DNA from: Cyanophora paradoxa CCMP329
Lineage: Eukaryota > Plantae > Glaucophyta
DNA length: 64,000 nt
Direction of reading: 5' to 3'
Assembly: GCA_004431415.1 (NCBI GenBank)
Contig: QPMI01000637.1
Span: 186,001 to 250,000 of the forward strand
Below the pieces are notes generated by a model. That model ran no database searches. It saw nothing but the letters and a program-made list of their open reading frames with translations, and was not told the origin of the DNA. Each line of letters starts with the position of its first letter. Within the stretch, counting starts at the first letter, position 1. Shown one piece after another: positions 15,601-27,600 of the stretch. A program made the position numbers and the translations under genes.

Positions 15601-18600
15601 TGGGACAATGAACACTTCTGTCGTTTACAATGTTTCCATCGTGCGTGCCTGTCACCCCTGCGCATGCGTCATCGCAGCATCCGCTGCAGGCGTAGGCGCT
15701 TGCGCTTACTCCCTCGCAGGTTGAGGCGTCCCTGAGCTGCACAAACCAGGGCCGGCGCCTGCCGGGAATAGCGATGGCTTGCACGCTCATCCCGTCCGCG
15801 TATTCCGTCTCTGTGCTCTCCTCGGACTTTTCAATCTCTCTGTTGGACGTCTTCAACGGCGCCACCTCGTCGCCGGCCGCTTCGGGAATGAATCTGACGT
15901 TCACGTGCGCCGTCTCACGCTCACGCAAAGCTCGAATTTATGACAATAACCCGCGCACCCGCGCCCGCAGATACACACCGCCACCAACCACCACGTCCTT
16001 CGCGGGTGAAATAATCTCTTCCTTCTGGGAAAGGGGCGTAGACGTCCTGGCACCCTCTAAAACGGCTTTTCGCAGGCAATTCGATAACCGTGAAGTACAG
16101 TTCGACGATAGACGTCGCCCAGACTGTCCTCGGAACTGCGTCCATATCATACGTGCAAGGCCAGCTGACTTGCCTTCGTACGCGCCTCCGCGTGGGAGCG
16201 CAAACCGACTGCTCCGTGGTTCCACTGGACAATTGGACACCCCTCAATGTTGGCGAGCTCGGAGAGTTCCAGGTCTCTGGCTCCAACCTGCTGAACACGT
16301 TTGGCTCGACTACGATAGTGACGAGTAATGGGATTCTCTTGAATGTGCCTCTCACGGTTTCGGCTGTGAATATGGGAACTGGAGCAGTGCTACGAGTCTA
16401 TTACAGCTCGGCACTCAACACATCACGGCACGAGATTACAAACTTCGCAAACGTACGCATGTCTCGATCGAGGTCTCGTTGCGATTGATGTGTGCTTCGC
16501 TTATAATCCCCCCGCGTTCCGTCAGTTTACCGTCATCAAGCTGGCCGCGAATGCGCTCACGTGCAACCAGGTCCATTCTGCATCTTGCACCCGCCTGCTT
16601 TTTGCGCGGGCATTAGCTCACAAACAACGCGACGCCAGACCCGCATCGCCGTCGGGGGCACATCCCGCTGCACCGTTTTGAAAGACCCCTCGAGCCCGGC
16701 GCTCATCCCGGGCGACCTAACGGACTTGTACGGGACCAGCGCGTCTTCGGTGAGCCCGGTCGTCATTCCGACGGGCATTCAGTACGACTTCAAGCCGACG
16801 ATCGCCAACGGCCCCTCGTTCAATTACTCCATTTACTACTCAAACGCCGTCGGAGGGCCTGGCGGACTCCTGAACGTCGCCAACTTCGGGGGCTCGACTT
16901 CCATCGTGGTCATCAAGGCCGATCTCAACTGCGTTGGGCCCCGCCGCGCGCCGAACGCGACCATTTTCTGCAGGGTGCGACCCGCGGCCATGGCTCCCTC
17001 ACCCATATGCATGCTTGGGATCGACGTCGACAAAAGCGCTGCTGTCTTCGAATATTGTCTGACCTGCTCGAACGCAGATCACGCCTGGGCTCAACAGCGC
17101 CTTCCTCGAGCGGAGTGACATCGGCGCGCTCGCCACCACCTCTGCCGAAGTGGTGCTGGGCTCGATCTACATGGACACGGCCAACAAGACCATCTTCCTC
17201 TTCGAGGCCCAGACGATCAACCCGACGACGACGGCGGCGATCACTTTGCACTACAGCGCAGCGATGGGCGGCGCTCCTCTCGGAGCATTCAGGTGCACGC
17301 GAGCTTTCGTGGCCACTCGAGTTTCTTTCACTTCATCTGACTCGTCCCCGGCGTTTCGGGCGTGAATTCTAGCCTCGTGATTGCCGGTGCATCCTTGCAA
17401 TGCGGACTCCGTGTGCGAGCGGGCGCGACGCTCCCGGTCTCGATTTTGCGTCAGACGACCTCTCCGAACCTCCAGGCCACCGACGTCTTCACCGCGGTCT
17501 ATCGCATTGGCGTCGTTCAATTCCAGCAGCGCACCTTCACGCAAAGCGGCGCCAATCTTGTCACGTCCTTGCCAATCCGCCCCGCCCCGCTGCCCGATGA
17601 GAAGGGGTACGTGTCCGTGAACTATGCCGGCTGGAACCTGGGGCACTACTACCCGATCTCGACCCTTATCGGCAACTTTTCGGCGCTTTGGGCGTCTCTC
17701 TCGTGCCCTGAGCCACGCCGTCGTCTGAACTCTGTAGTATCTTGCTACATCATCCGCGCCAACCCATCGTCACCCCTAATTCCAGAGGACATCGCGAGCC
17801 CGGCTCTGCAGACTGTGCTTGCTAACCCCACCGTCCCTGTCCCCTATGGAAACGGCTCCGTGCGTGGCGCTGGTCCCGGTTTCGGATTAGTTCTGCACTT
17901 GGTCGTGCTGATCTGACTGCAGCTCGCGATCAACGTTACGGCGTCAATTCTGGGCTCAAATCACACGGTGGCGGCCTCCTGGGTGACGTCAGTCGGAGGC
18001 GGCCCGGTTCCACCTGTGAACAACGTCACCGTGGTGGATGGCCGGGCGTCTTGCTCGCCGACTCGCGTTGCGATCGGGGCTACGATAACGTGCTCTGTTC
18101 TGCCCGCTGCCGGCTCCCCGCCTCTCATCCTGAGCGACGTGGCCACCGGCGCGGTGGAAGGCGGGTACTTGGTGCCGGGCTCCATCAGTGCGACCGACGC
18201 GAATATCGTGCGTGCCTCCTATTGAAAATTGAATCGCGCGCGAATGTGATTTCGTATTTCGCTTACTTACTTTTCTCTCAGACGTTCCCGGCAACGGCTG
18301 CGAAGCCAAAGGCCGCAATTCCTATCTCTGTTTCCTGGTCGGTGGGGCTCGGCGGGGGCGAAATGACGGCGCAGCTGGTGGACGTGATTGAAGCGAACCT
18401 CACGTGCATGCCGCGCGCCCGCGAGGGCCTCGTCGTGCCCTGCAGCCTCTCCCCCAACCGCGAGTCGCCCGCCCTCTTGCCGTCCGACTTCGAACTACCG
18501 ACGGCCGATCCCGACCTGTTTGGGATTTTCCAGGCGTACTACTTCGGCGGCTCTGGCCGCGTCAATGTGACCTACACGCCGACCCTGCTGAAGCCGACAG

Positions 18601-21600
18601 TGGACGTGCACATTCGATACAACAGCAGCGTCCAGCCGGCGCAGCCCGCGGCGCTCTGGAGCCCAGCGAAGGTGGAGTTCGTCGGAGCGTACCTCGCGCT
18701 GAACGTCACGCGCGTCGCTGTGAACTGCCTCGTGGGATTCATCATCGTGCCGAAGGAGAACTCGTCCGCTCTGCTGTTGTCGGACTTCACCAGCCCGTCT
18801 TTGGTGCCGGCGCTCGGTGTACCGCTGGATCTGCAGGGCTCACTCGCTGGTGGCTCCGTGGCATTCGCCGCTCGGCCAACTGTCCCTGGCGTGGCGTTGG
18901 CATACGCTAACTACAGCGCGCTGATTGGCAGCGGACCGGTCGACCTGTCCCCGGAGCTGACCGTGCTGGGCGCCTCGCTTAATTGCTCGAGAAGACGTGT
19001 CTCTGTTGGTACTCACTTCATCTGCTACGTTTGGTTGGTGGGGGACTCGCCGAAAATCGAGGCATCTGAGCTCCTTGTTTCCGTTGAGCCTGCAAGTGTC
19101 GCGTTTGCGTCCGCCCTTGCAAACGTCACCGACTCCTCCCTTGGTTATCTCTATTATTTCAACGTTACTACGACCGATGTGAGCGTGAACGCGAATGTCT
19201 CCGTGCGCTACGCGGAGAGCATCGACCCGGACACGCGCCACATTGTCGACTCGCCGTCGCCATTCGTGGTGATCGGAGGCTCGCTTACCTGCAGCCATTT
19301 GCGTCGTCGGGTTGGGGCGTCTGTGCCATGCAACGTCACAAAGCAGGAAGGAAGTCCCGACTTGCTCCCGTCCGACATCGATGTCGTGGCGAACCACGCG
19401 GGGGTGTACGGGACTCTCAACCAGACCATCGACGGTGGCATCCACTTTAACTTCCTGACGGCAAACGTCACCACGGACGCCGGCGCGCGCATTGAGGTCC
19501 GCTGCGTGAATCGTTGCCGCGAGCTCTGATTTATGACTTGCCGTTCTCGCCTTTCTCACTGTCAAGCAGATTCTCTGGAGCGCGCTGGTCAACCCCACGC
19601 AGTCTAGCGTCGGTAACAAGACCGTGGTTGTTGTGGATGCAGTGTAAGCGTCTGCATTCAAAATGTCATCGGCGAGACCTTATTCGTTTCCTGCAGATTC
19701 AACTGCACGCGTCGGCGCGTGGCTGTGGGCGTCCTGCTGAACTGCACGGCTTCGCCCGTGCCCGGCTCAGCTTCGCTCCTCGAGTCGGACTTTGCTGCAC
19801 CATCCACCGAGCCTGCAGGAGCCTTGAGCAGCACGGCCATGGGCTGGGTCAGAAGGGAGATGGGCGACGGGCGCACGGAGGTGGTGCACGAGTTCCTCGC
19901 CTCTGTCGCGTCGGGCAACGTGTCCGTCGCACTGCCGTGGGCCGAAGTGCTGGGCGGCGGGGCTGGCAAGGTCCCGCTCGATATCATCCAGGCTCGTCTT
20001 GTCTGCTCGCCTCGCCGCCGGGCGCTCAACGCAACAACGACATGCGCCGTCATGCCTGTCGCGGGCTCGCCTCCGCTCCTGCCAGAAGACTTCCTGCCCA
20101 TGACTGCGGAGCCTTCTGGGTACGGCAACTTCACGGGCATGGTGGCTCTTCCGTCTGGCATCCTTACATTCACGTACACAACGGCTGTGCCGCTGCGGAA
20201 TCTGACCGTGCTCCGCGTGCGCTACTCCGAGGCTGTGGACAGCAACACCAGCGACATTGTTGCGTCGGGCTACGAGATTGAAACGCTGGCTGGCCACTTG
20301 TCATGCACGCCTTCACGCCGGGCGCTCGGAGCTGCTTTCCTCTGCACGGTTGCGCCGCTCAACGAGACCTGGCCGGAGCTGCTGCCGGCGGACCTCTCGC
20401 CGGCAACCGTTGACCCAACCGCAACTACCAACATCAGCGCTTACCGCGTCTCGGCGGCTGTCGCTGGCGGTATCGACTTCGACGTCCGCGCGACAGTGCA
20501 GTCCCTGCACCCGAATGTCTCCAGCACGTGGGGCCCACAAGCGCACAACCTTCCGAGCATCCTGGTCTCCCCACCCGTGACGCTCACCGTCCTCTCCGCG
20601 CGGCTCAACTGCTCGACGCGACGTGTCACGAACGGCAGCGTGATCACGTGTTGGATCTGGCAGATGCCCTTGTCGCCGCCACTGGATGCGTCGGAGCTCG
20701 TTGTGGCAGTCGAGCCGGCGGCGGCTGGAGTTGCCTCTCCGCTTGCGAACGCCAGCGATGCGTCTCTCGGGTATCTCTTTACCTTCAACGTCACCACGTC
20801 CAGCCTGAGCTCCGGTGCGAACATATCCGTGCGCTACGCGGAGAGCATCGACCCGGACACGCGCCACATTGTCGACTCGCCGTCACCGTTCGTGGTGATC
20901 GGAGGCTCGCTTACCTGCAGCCATTTGCGTCGCCGGGTTGGGGCGTCTGTGCCATGCAACGTCACAAAGCAGGAAGGAAGTCCCGACTTGCTCCCGTCCG
21001 ACATCGATGTCGTGGCGAACCACGCGGGGTGTACGGGACTCTCAACCAGACCATCGACGGTGGCATCCACTTTGACTTCCTGACGGCAAACGTCACCACG
21101 GACGCCGGCGCGCGCATTGAGGTCCGCTGCGTGAATCGTTGCTGCGAGCTCTGATTCATGACATGCCGCTCTCGCCTTTCTCACTGTCAAGCAGATTCTC
21201 TGGAGCGCGCTGGTCAACCCCACGCAGTCTAGCGTCGGTAACAAGACCGTGGTTGTTGTGGATGCAGTGTAAGCGTCTGCATTCAAAATGTCATCGGCGA
21301 GACCTTATTCGTTTCCTGCAGATTCAACTGCACGCGTCGGCGCGTGGCTGTGGGCGTCCTGCTGAACTGCACGGCTTCGCCCGTGCCCGGCTCAGCTTCG
21401 CTCCTCGAGTCGGACTTTGCTGCACCATCCACCGAGCCTGCAGGAGCCTTGAGCAGCACGGCCATGGGCTGGGTCAGAAGGGAGATGGGCGACGGGCGCA
21501 CGGAGGTGGTGCACGAGTTCCTCGCCTCTGTCGCGTCGGGCAACGTGTCCGTCGTACTGCCGTGGGCCGAAGCGCTGGGCGGCGGGGCTGGCAAGGTCCC

Positions 21601-24600
21601 GCTCGATATCATCCAGGCTCGTCTTGTCTGCTCACCTCGCCGCCGGCCGCTCAACGCGACAACGACATGCGCCGTCATGCCTGTCGCGGGCTCGCCTCCG
21701 CTCCTGCCAGAAGACTTCCTGCCCATGACTGCGGAGCCTTCTGGGTACGGCAACTTCACGGGCATGGTGGCTCTTCCGTCTGGCAACCTTACATTCACGT
21801 ACACAACGGCTGTGCCGCTGCGGAATCTGACCGTGCTCCGCGTGCGCTACTCCGAGGCTGTGGACAGCAACACCAGCGACATTGTTGCGTCGGGCTACGA
21901 GATTGAAACGCTGGCTGGCCACTTGTCATGCACGCCTTCACGCCGGGCGCTCGGAGCCGCTTTCCTCTGCACGGTTGCGCCGCTCAACGAGACCTGGCCG
22001 GAGCTGCTGCCGGCGGACCTCTCGCCGGCAACCGTTGACCCAACCGCAACTACCAACATCAGCGCTTACCGCGTCTCGGCGGCTGTCGCTGGCGGTATCG
22101 ACTTCGACGTCCGCGCGACAGTGCAGTCCCTGCACCCGAATGTCTCCAGCACGTGGGGCCCACAAGCGCACAACCTTCCGAGCATCCTGGTCTCCCCACC
22201 CGTGACGCTCACCGTCCTCTCCGCGCGGCTCAACTGCTCGACGCGACGTGTCACGAACGGCAGCGTGATCACGTGTTGGATCTGGCAGATGCCCTTGTCG
22301 CCGCCACTGGATGCGTCGGAGCTCGTTGTGGCAGTCGAGCCGGCGGCGGCTGGAGTTGCCTCTCCGCTTGCGAACGCCAGCGATGCGTCTCTCGGGTATC
22401 TCTTTACCTTCAACGTCACCACGTCCAGCCTGAGCTCCGGTGCGAACATATCCGTGCGCTACGCGGAGAGCATCGACCCGGACACGCGCCACATTGTCGA
22501 CTCGCCGTCACCGTTCGTGGTGATCGGAGGCTCGCTTACCTGCAGCCATTTGCGTCGCCGGGTTGGGGCGTCTGTGCCATGCAACGTCACAAAGCAGGAA
22601 GGAAGTCCCGACTTGCTCCCGTCCGACATCGATGTCGTGGCGAACCACGCGGGGGTGTACGGGACTCTCAACCAGACCATCGACGGTGGCATCCACTTTG
22701 ACTTCCTGACGGCAAACGTCACCACGGACGCCGGCGCGCGCATTGAGGTCCGCTGCGTGAATCGTTGCTGCGAGCTCTGATTCATGACATGCCGCTCTCG
22801 CCTTTCTCACTGTCAAGCAGATTCTCTGGAGCGCGCTGGTCAACCCCACGCAGTCTAGCGTCGGTAACAAGACCGTGGTTGTTGTGGATGCAGTGTAAGC
22901 GTCTGCATTCAAAATGTCATCGGCGAGACCTTATTCGTTTCCTGCAGATTCAACTGCACGCGTCGGCGCGTGGCTGTGGGCGTCCTGCTGAACTGCACGG
23001 CTTCGCCCGTGCCCGGCTCAGCTTCGCTCCTCGAGTCGGACTTTGCTGCACCATCCACCGAGCCTGCAGGAGCCTTGAGCAGCACGGCCATGGGCTGGGT
23101 CAGAAGGGAGATGGGCGACGGGCGCACGGAGGTGGTGCACGAGTTCCTCGCCTCTGTCGCGTCGGGCAACGTGTCCGTCGTACTGCCGTGGGCCGAAGCG
23201 CTGGGCGGCGGGGCTGGCAAGGTCCCGCTCGATATCATCCAGGCTCGTCTTGTCTGCTCACCTCGCCGCCGGCCGCTCAACGCGACAACGACATGCGCCG
23301 TCATGCCTGTCGCGGGCTCGCCTCCGCTCCTGCCAGAAGACTTCCTGCCCATGACTGCGGAGCCTTCTGGGTACGGCAACTTCACGGGCATGGTGGCTCT
23401 TCCGTCTGGCAACCTTACATTCACGTACACAACGGCTGTGCCGCTGCGGAATCTGACCGTGCTCCGCGTGCGCTACTCCGAGGCTGTGGACAGCAACACC
23501 AGCGACATTGTTGCGTCGGGCTACGAGATTGAAACGCTGGCTGGCCACTTGTCATGCACGCCTTCACGCCGGGCGCTCGGAGCCGCTTTCCTCTGCACGG
23601 TTGCGCCGCTCAACGAGACCTGGCCGGAGCTGCTGCCGGCGGACCTCTCGCCGGCAACCGTTGACCCAACTGCAACTACCAACATCAGCGCTTACCGCGT
23701 CTCGGCGGCTGTCGCTGGCAGTATCGACTTCGACGTCCGCGCGACAGTGCAGTCCCTGCACCCGAATGTCTCCAGCACGTGGGGCCCACAAGCGCACAAC
23801 CTTCCGAGCATCCTGGTCTCCCCACCCGTGACGCTCACCGTCCTCTCCGCGCGGCTCAACTGCTCGACGCGACGTGTCACGAACGGCAGCGTGATCACGT
23901 GTTGGATCTGGCAGATGCCCTTGTCGCCGCCACTGGATGCGTCAGAGCTCGTTGTGGCAGTCGAGCCGGCGGCGGCTGGAGTTGCCTCTCCGCTTGCGAA
24001 CGCCAGCGATGCGTCTCTCGGGTATCTCTTTACCTTCAACGTCACCACGTCCAGCCTGAGCTCCGGTGCGAACATATCCGTGCGCTACGCGGAGAGCATC
24101 GACCCGGACACGCGCCACATTGTCGACTCGCCGTCACCGTTCGTGGTGATCGGAGGCTCGCTCGTTTGCAAGAACACTCGCTTCCGCCGACACGTCGGAG
24201 CTCGGGCACGCTGCAACGTCACCAAGCACGTGGGCAGTGCCGACCTCCTGCCCTCTGATTTCGTTACAGTGCCGTGCTCGGCCGGAGTCTACGAGTCTAT
24301 GTCTACCACGCCTGCTGGAGATGTGACGTTTACCTTCCTCGCTACAAACCTAACGGGCGATGCAGGAGCCACAATTGAGGTACGCTGAAAGCCCATTCAC
24401 GTCTTGGAGTTTCTCTGTATTTACCTGCACTTTCAGGTTCTTTATACGGCTGTGGTGGATCTCGCCGCGGGAGGAGCCAGCGTAGGCAACGCGACAATCG
24501 TCGTTATCGACGCTAAGTGCGAAACTCCTGCCATTGAGCTCGCTCTTATCGTCTGCGCTCATCCACATTTGCAGCTTCTCGTGTAACAAGCGCCGTGTGG

Positions 24601-27600
24601 CGATGGGGGCATCAGTAAATTGCACAGCTACGCCAGTGAACGGATCGGGTCTTATTACGGCGTTGGACTTCAGCACTCCGGGTCTCTGGCCAGACGGCTT
24701 CCTGATCCCCAACACAATCGTTTCTTGGTATAACATCACGGGCGAGAACGGCTCCTACAGCTTCGGATACCTCTTCCGCGCCTCGGTGCCGGCTACGGAG
24801 GCGGTCGTTCGCTTCAGATGGGCGGAGGAGGTTGGAGGGGGCGAGGTCAATGTGACGCTGGATGTAATTGGCGCGCGGCTCGTCTGCACGACGCCGCGAC
24901 GAGCCGTCAACGTCTCTGTTCGTTGCCGACTGGCGCGCGTCGGTCAGTCCCCGCCGCTGCTCGTGTCCGACTTTGGGACGCCCTTTGCACTCCCTGCGGG
25001 GTTCGGGACGTTCCGCAACCTGACGGCGGAGGCAACGGGCAACTTGTCCCTCACGTACCTCCCCACGCGCCGCCTCTCCGCCATGACAAACCTCTCCGTT
25101 CGCTACTCGTTTGAGGTACACGAATCCGAGCCGCTTGTCGACGGTTCCGGCTACGGGTTTGCGACGCTGGCGGTGACGCTCGCTTGTCCCGCGCGGCGTG
25201 CGCTGCGCGTGCCCGTCAATTGCTTCGTCTCCATCATCCCTGGCGAATCTGCACTGCTCCGGCCAGGCGACCTATCCACCGCCTCCTTCGCTCCCGACAC
25301 GGCGATGGGCACTGCTTTGCAGTCTGGCATTGTCTACAGCGCCGATGGCACCCATGCAAACTTCTCGCGATCCGTAGCGACGGTCGTGAAGGAAGTCAAC
25401 GCGACGGCAATGTGGTCGGCGGCTGTCGCGGACGCCGTGCTTCCGGCGGCCGATCCCGTCTCTGTCGCAGTCGTAGGTGCGTTGCAAACCTTTAACCCAA
25501 ATATCGAATTCGAAGGTGTCTCAGACGATTCGCGGCAGATGCGTCAATCAACTGTGACACGAACCAGGTGCAAGTTGAACAGGTGAGACTCCAGCTTCTC
25601 GAGCTCTCGCATTCTTCGACCTCTCTAAGTAATGTACGCGCGTGTGCGCACCCCTGCAGACCATTGCGTGCTATATCAAGCCCACAGCACCCTCCACGGT
25701 GATGCCCGGAGACATCGTCGGACCGGGACTTCAGAACACGACGTCGTCCCTGCGCCGAAGCCTTTTCCAGCTGCAGGTCGACGGATTCTACGCGGCTGCA
25801 GGCGCCGTCGCGCCGCGCCCCGCGCAGGGCGACCTCACGTTCCCGCTCAAGGGTCAGCGAGTGACGGAGTTCATGCGGACGTTCCTCGTTGCGCGCTACA
25901 GCCCCGACGTCGATCCCGGCCAGGGGCACCTCACCGCCAGCCCGTACCGCTACACCGTCACCGGCGATATGCGGATCACGAGCGCCCGCTTCCTGTCGAA
26001 CGGGTACCAGATCGTCTTCTACTTCTCGCTGCCGACCGTGCAGAGGAGCGGCTCGTTCCCGGCCACCGACGTCCTCTCCGGGCCAACGGCGGCGCTCCTG
26101 GGGACGGGGGCGACATGCATGTGGACGGAGGCGAACGCGCTGACGTGCGACACGACGGCCGACGCCTCGATCGAGCCGACGTGGGAGCTCGAGTTCACGC
26201 CCCGCGTCGACTCTGCGGACGGCTCCGGACGGTACTTCATCGGGCCGGCGGTCGTGGGGCCCCCGCTGCAGCCGCTTATCCCGGACCTCACCATCGACTA
26301 CCAGTCCGAGGTCGCCTACTGCCGCCGCATGACTGTCAGGGTGACGTCCGTCACTGGGACGGGGAGGCGGCCAGCAAAAATCGTGTGGGAGTGCCGCGAC
26401 AACGCGACCTGCGACCGCGCCCCAGCCGCCATCCAGGCGGCCATCGTCGCCGCAGGCAGCGGGCGGACCTTTGCAGTGCAAGCCGCCGTCCCGCTGCTGC
26501 ACACTTATGCGTTCCAGGCTCGAGCCATCAACTTCCTGGGTTTCAGCAGCGCGCCTGCAGTCGCGTCCATCTACAAGTCCAATGCGCTGCCCCCGGCATT
26601 GAGCATTGACGGCGGCCCGACGGTGTACACGAAAACAACAGCGTTAACAACGATAAAGTAAGCTTCAAATAATTTACAAATCAATCTCGGAGCGCGCTTG
26701 CTTCAAGATGCATCGCGATTGATGCGACCTTCCTGCGCACAGGATCATTGCGCAGCGAGTGGCGTGCGAGACGGACGACCCCCTGTTCTGTGCGCAGCTG
26801 CAGCCGATACAATTACTGTATTCATCGTTCCTTCAGCTGATCGAATGCCGGTCCATGCAGATCAAATCTCGCAGGAGCAGTTCCTGTGGGTGAGGTCGGA
26901 GGGCATCACGTGCTCCTGGGAGCTGCCGGAGCGCCTCAAGCCCTTCGTCCCCGCGAGCGTGGCGCTGGACCGGCCCACGATCCTCTTCCCGAAGAACACG
27001 CTCCCCCCGGGCGAGGAGTTCCTCCTCGTCATGACCGGCGTCGACACCTACCAGGACCCGTGGACCAGCGCGAAAATCTCGATCAAGGTCATCGTCGCTG
27101 CGCAGCCTGTCGTGGCCGTAATAACCGGCGGTGCGTGCTCTCGCCTCCGGCTTTTGGGTGCTGTGTATTTATCGCGGGTCCGGGTCGAGCAGGCAGCCGC
27201 TCGATCGCCTGGCGCATCTCGTCGACCTTCTCCGGCGCGAGCTCAGTCGATCCAGACTACACTGCCGGCGGATCGGCGATCGGCACCTCCAGCACCCTCT
27301 CCTACTCCTGGGCGTTCTACAACCGCTCCGACGGGCGCGCCGTGCACTCGACGCCGCCTTCGGGCAGCCCGCTGCTCACCGTCGTCCCACGAGACGTAGG
27401 CGCGTGAAACGCCTTGGGCACTCTTTCGTCTCGTCTGCATTGCAAGTTCTGACATTGGACGGCAGGCCTGGTCGAGGGCGGGGAGTACCGCCTGGAGCTC
27501 CACGTCGTCGCCGCGCGCGCCGGCGTCCTCCCGCACCTCGCCGCCTCCAACGCTACGGCCGCAATCGACGTCCTCGTCGCCCCCGGGGACCCCCCGGCCG

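Noticed and set aside
19200-24162. Long repeat as a CRISPR array or LTR element
   Set aside because: It has no spacers or TE motifs and is an in-frame intragenic duplication.
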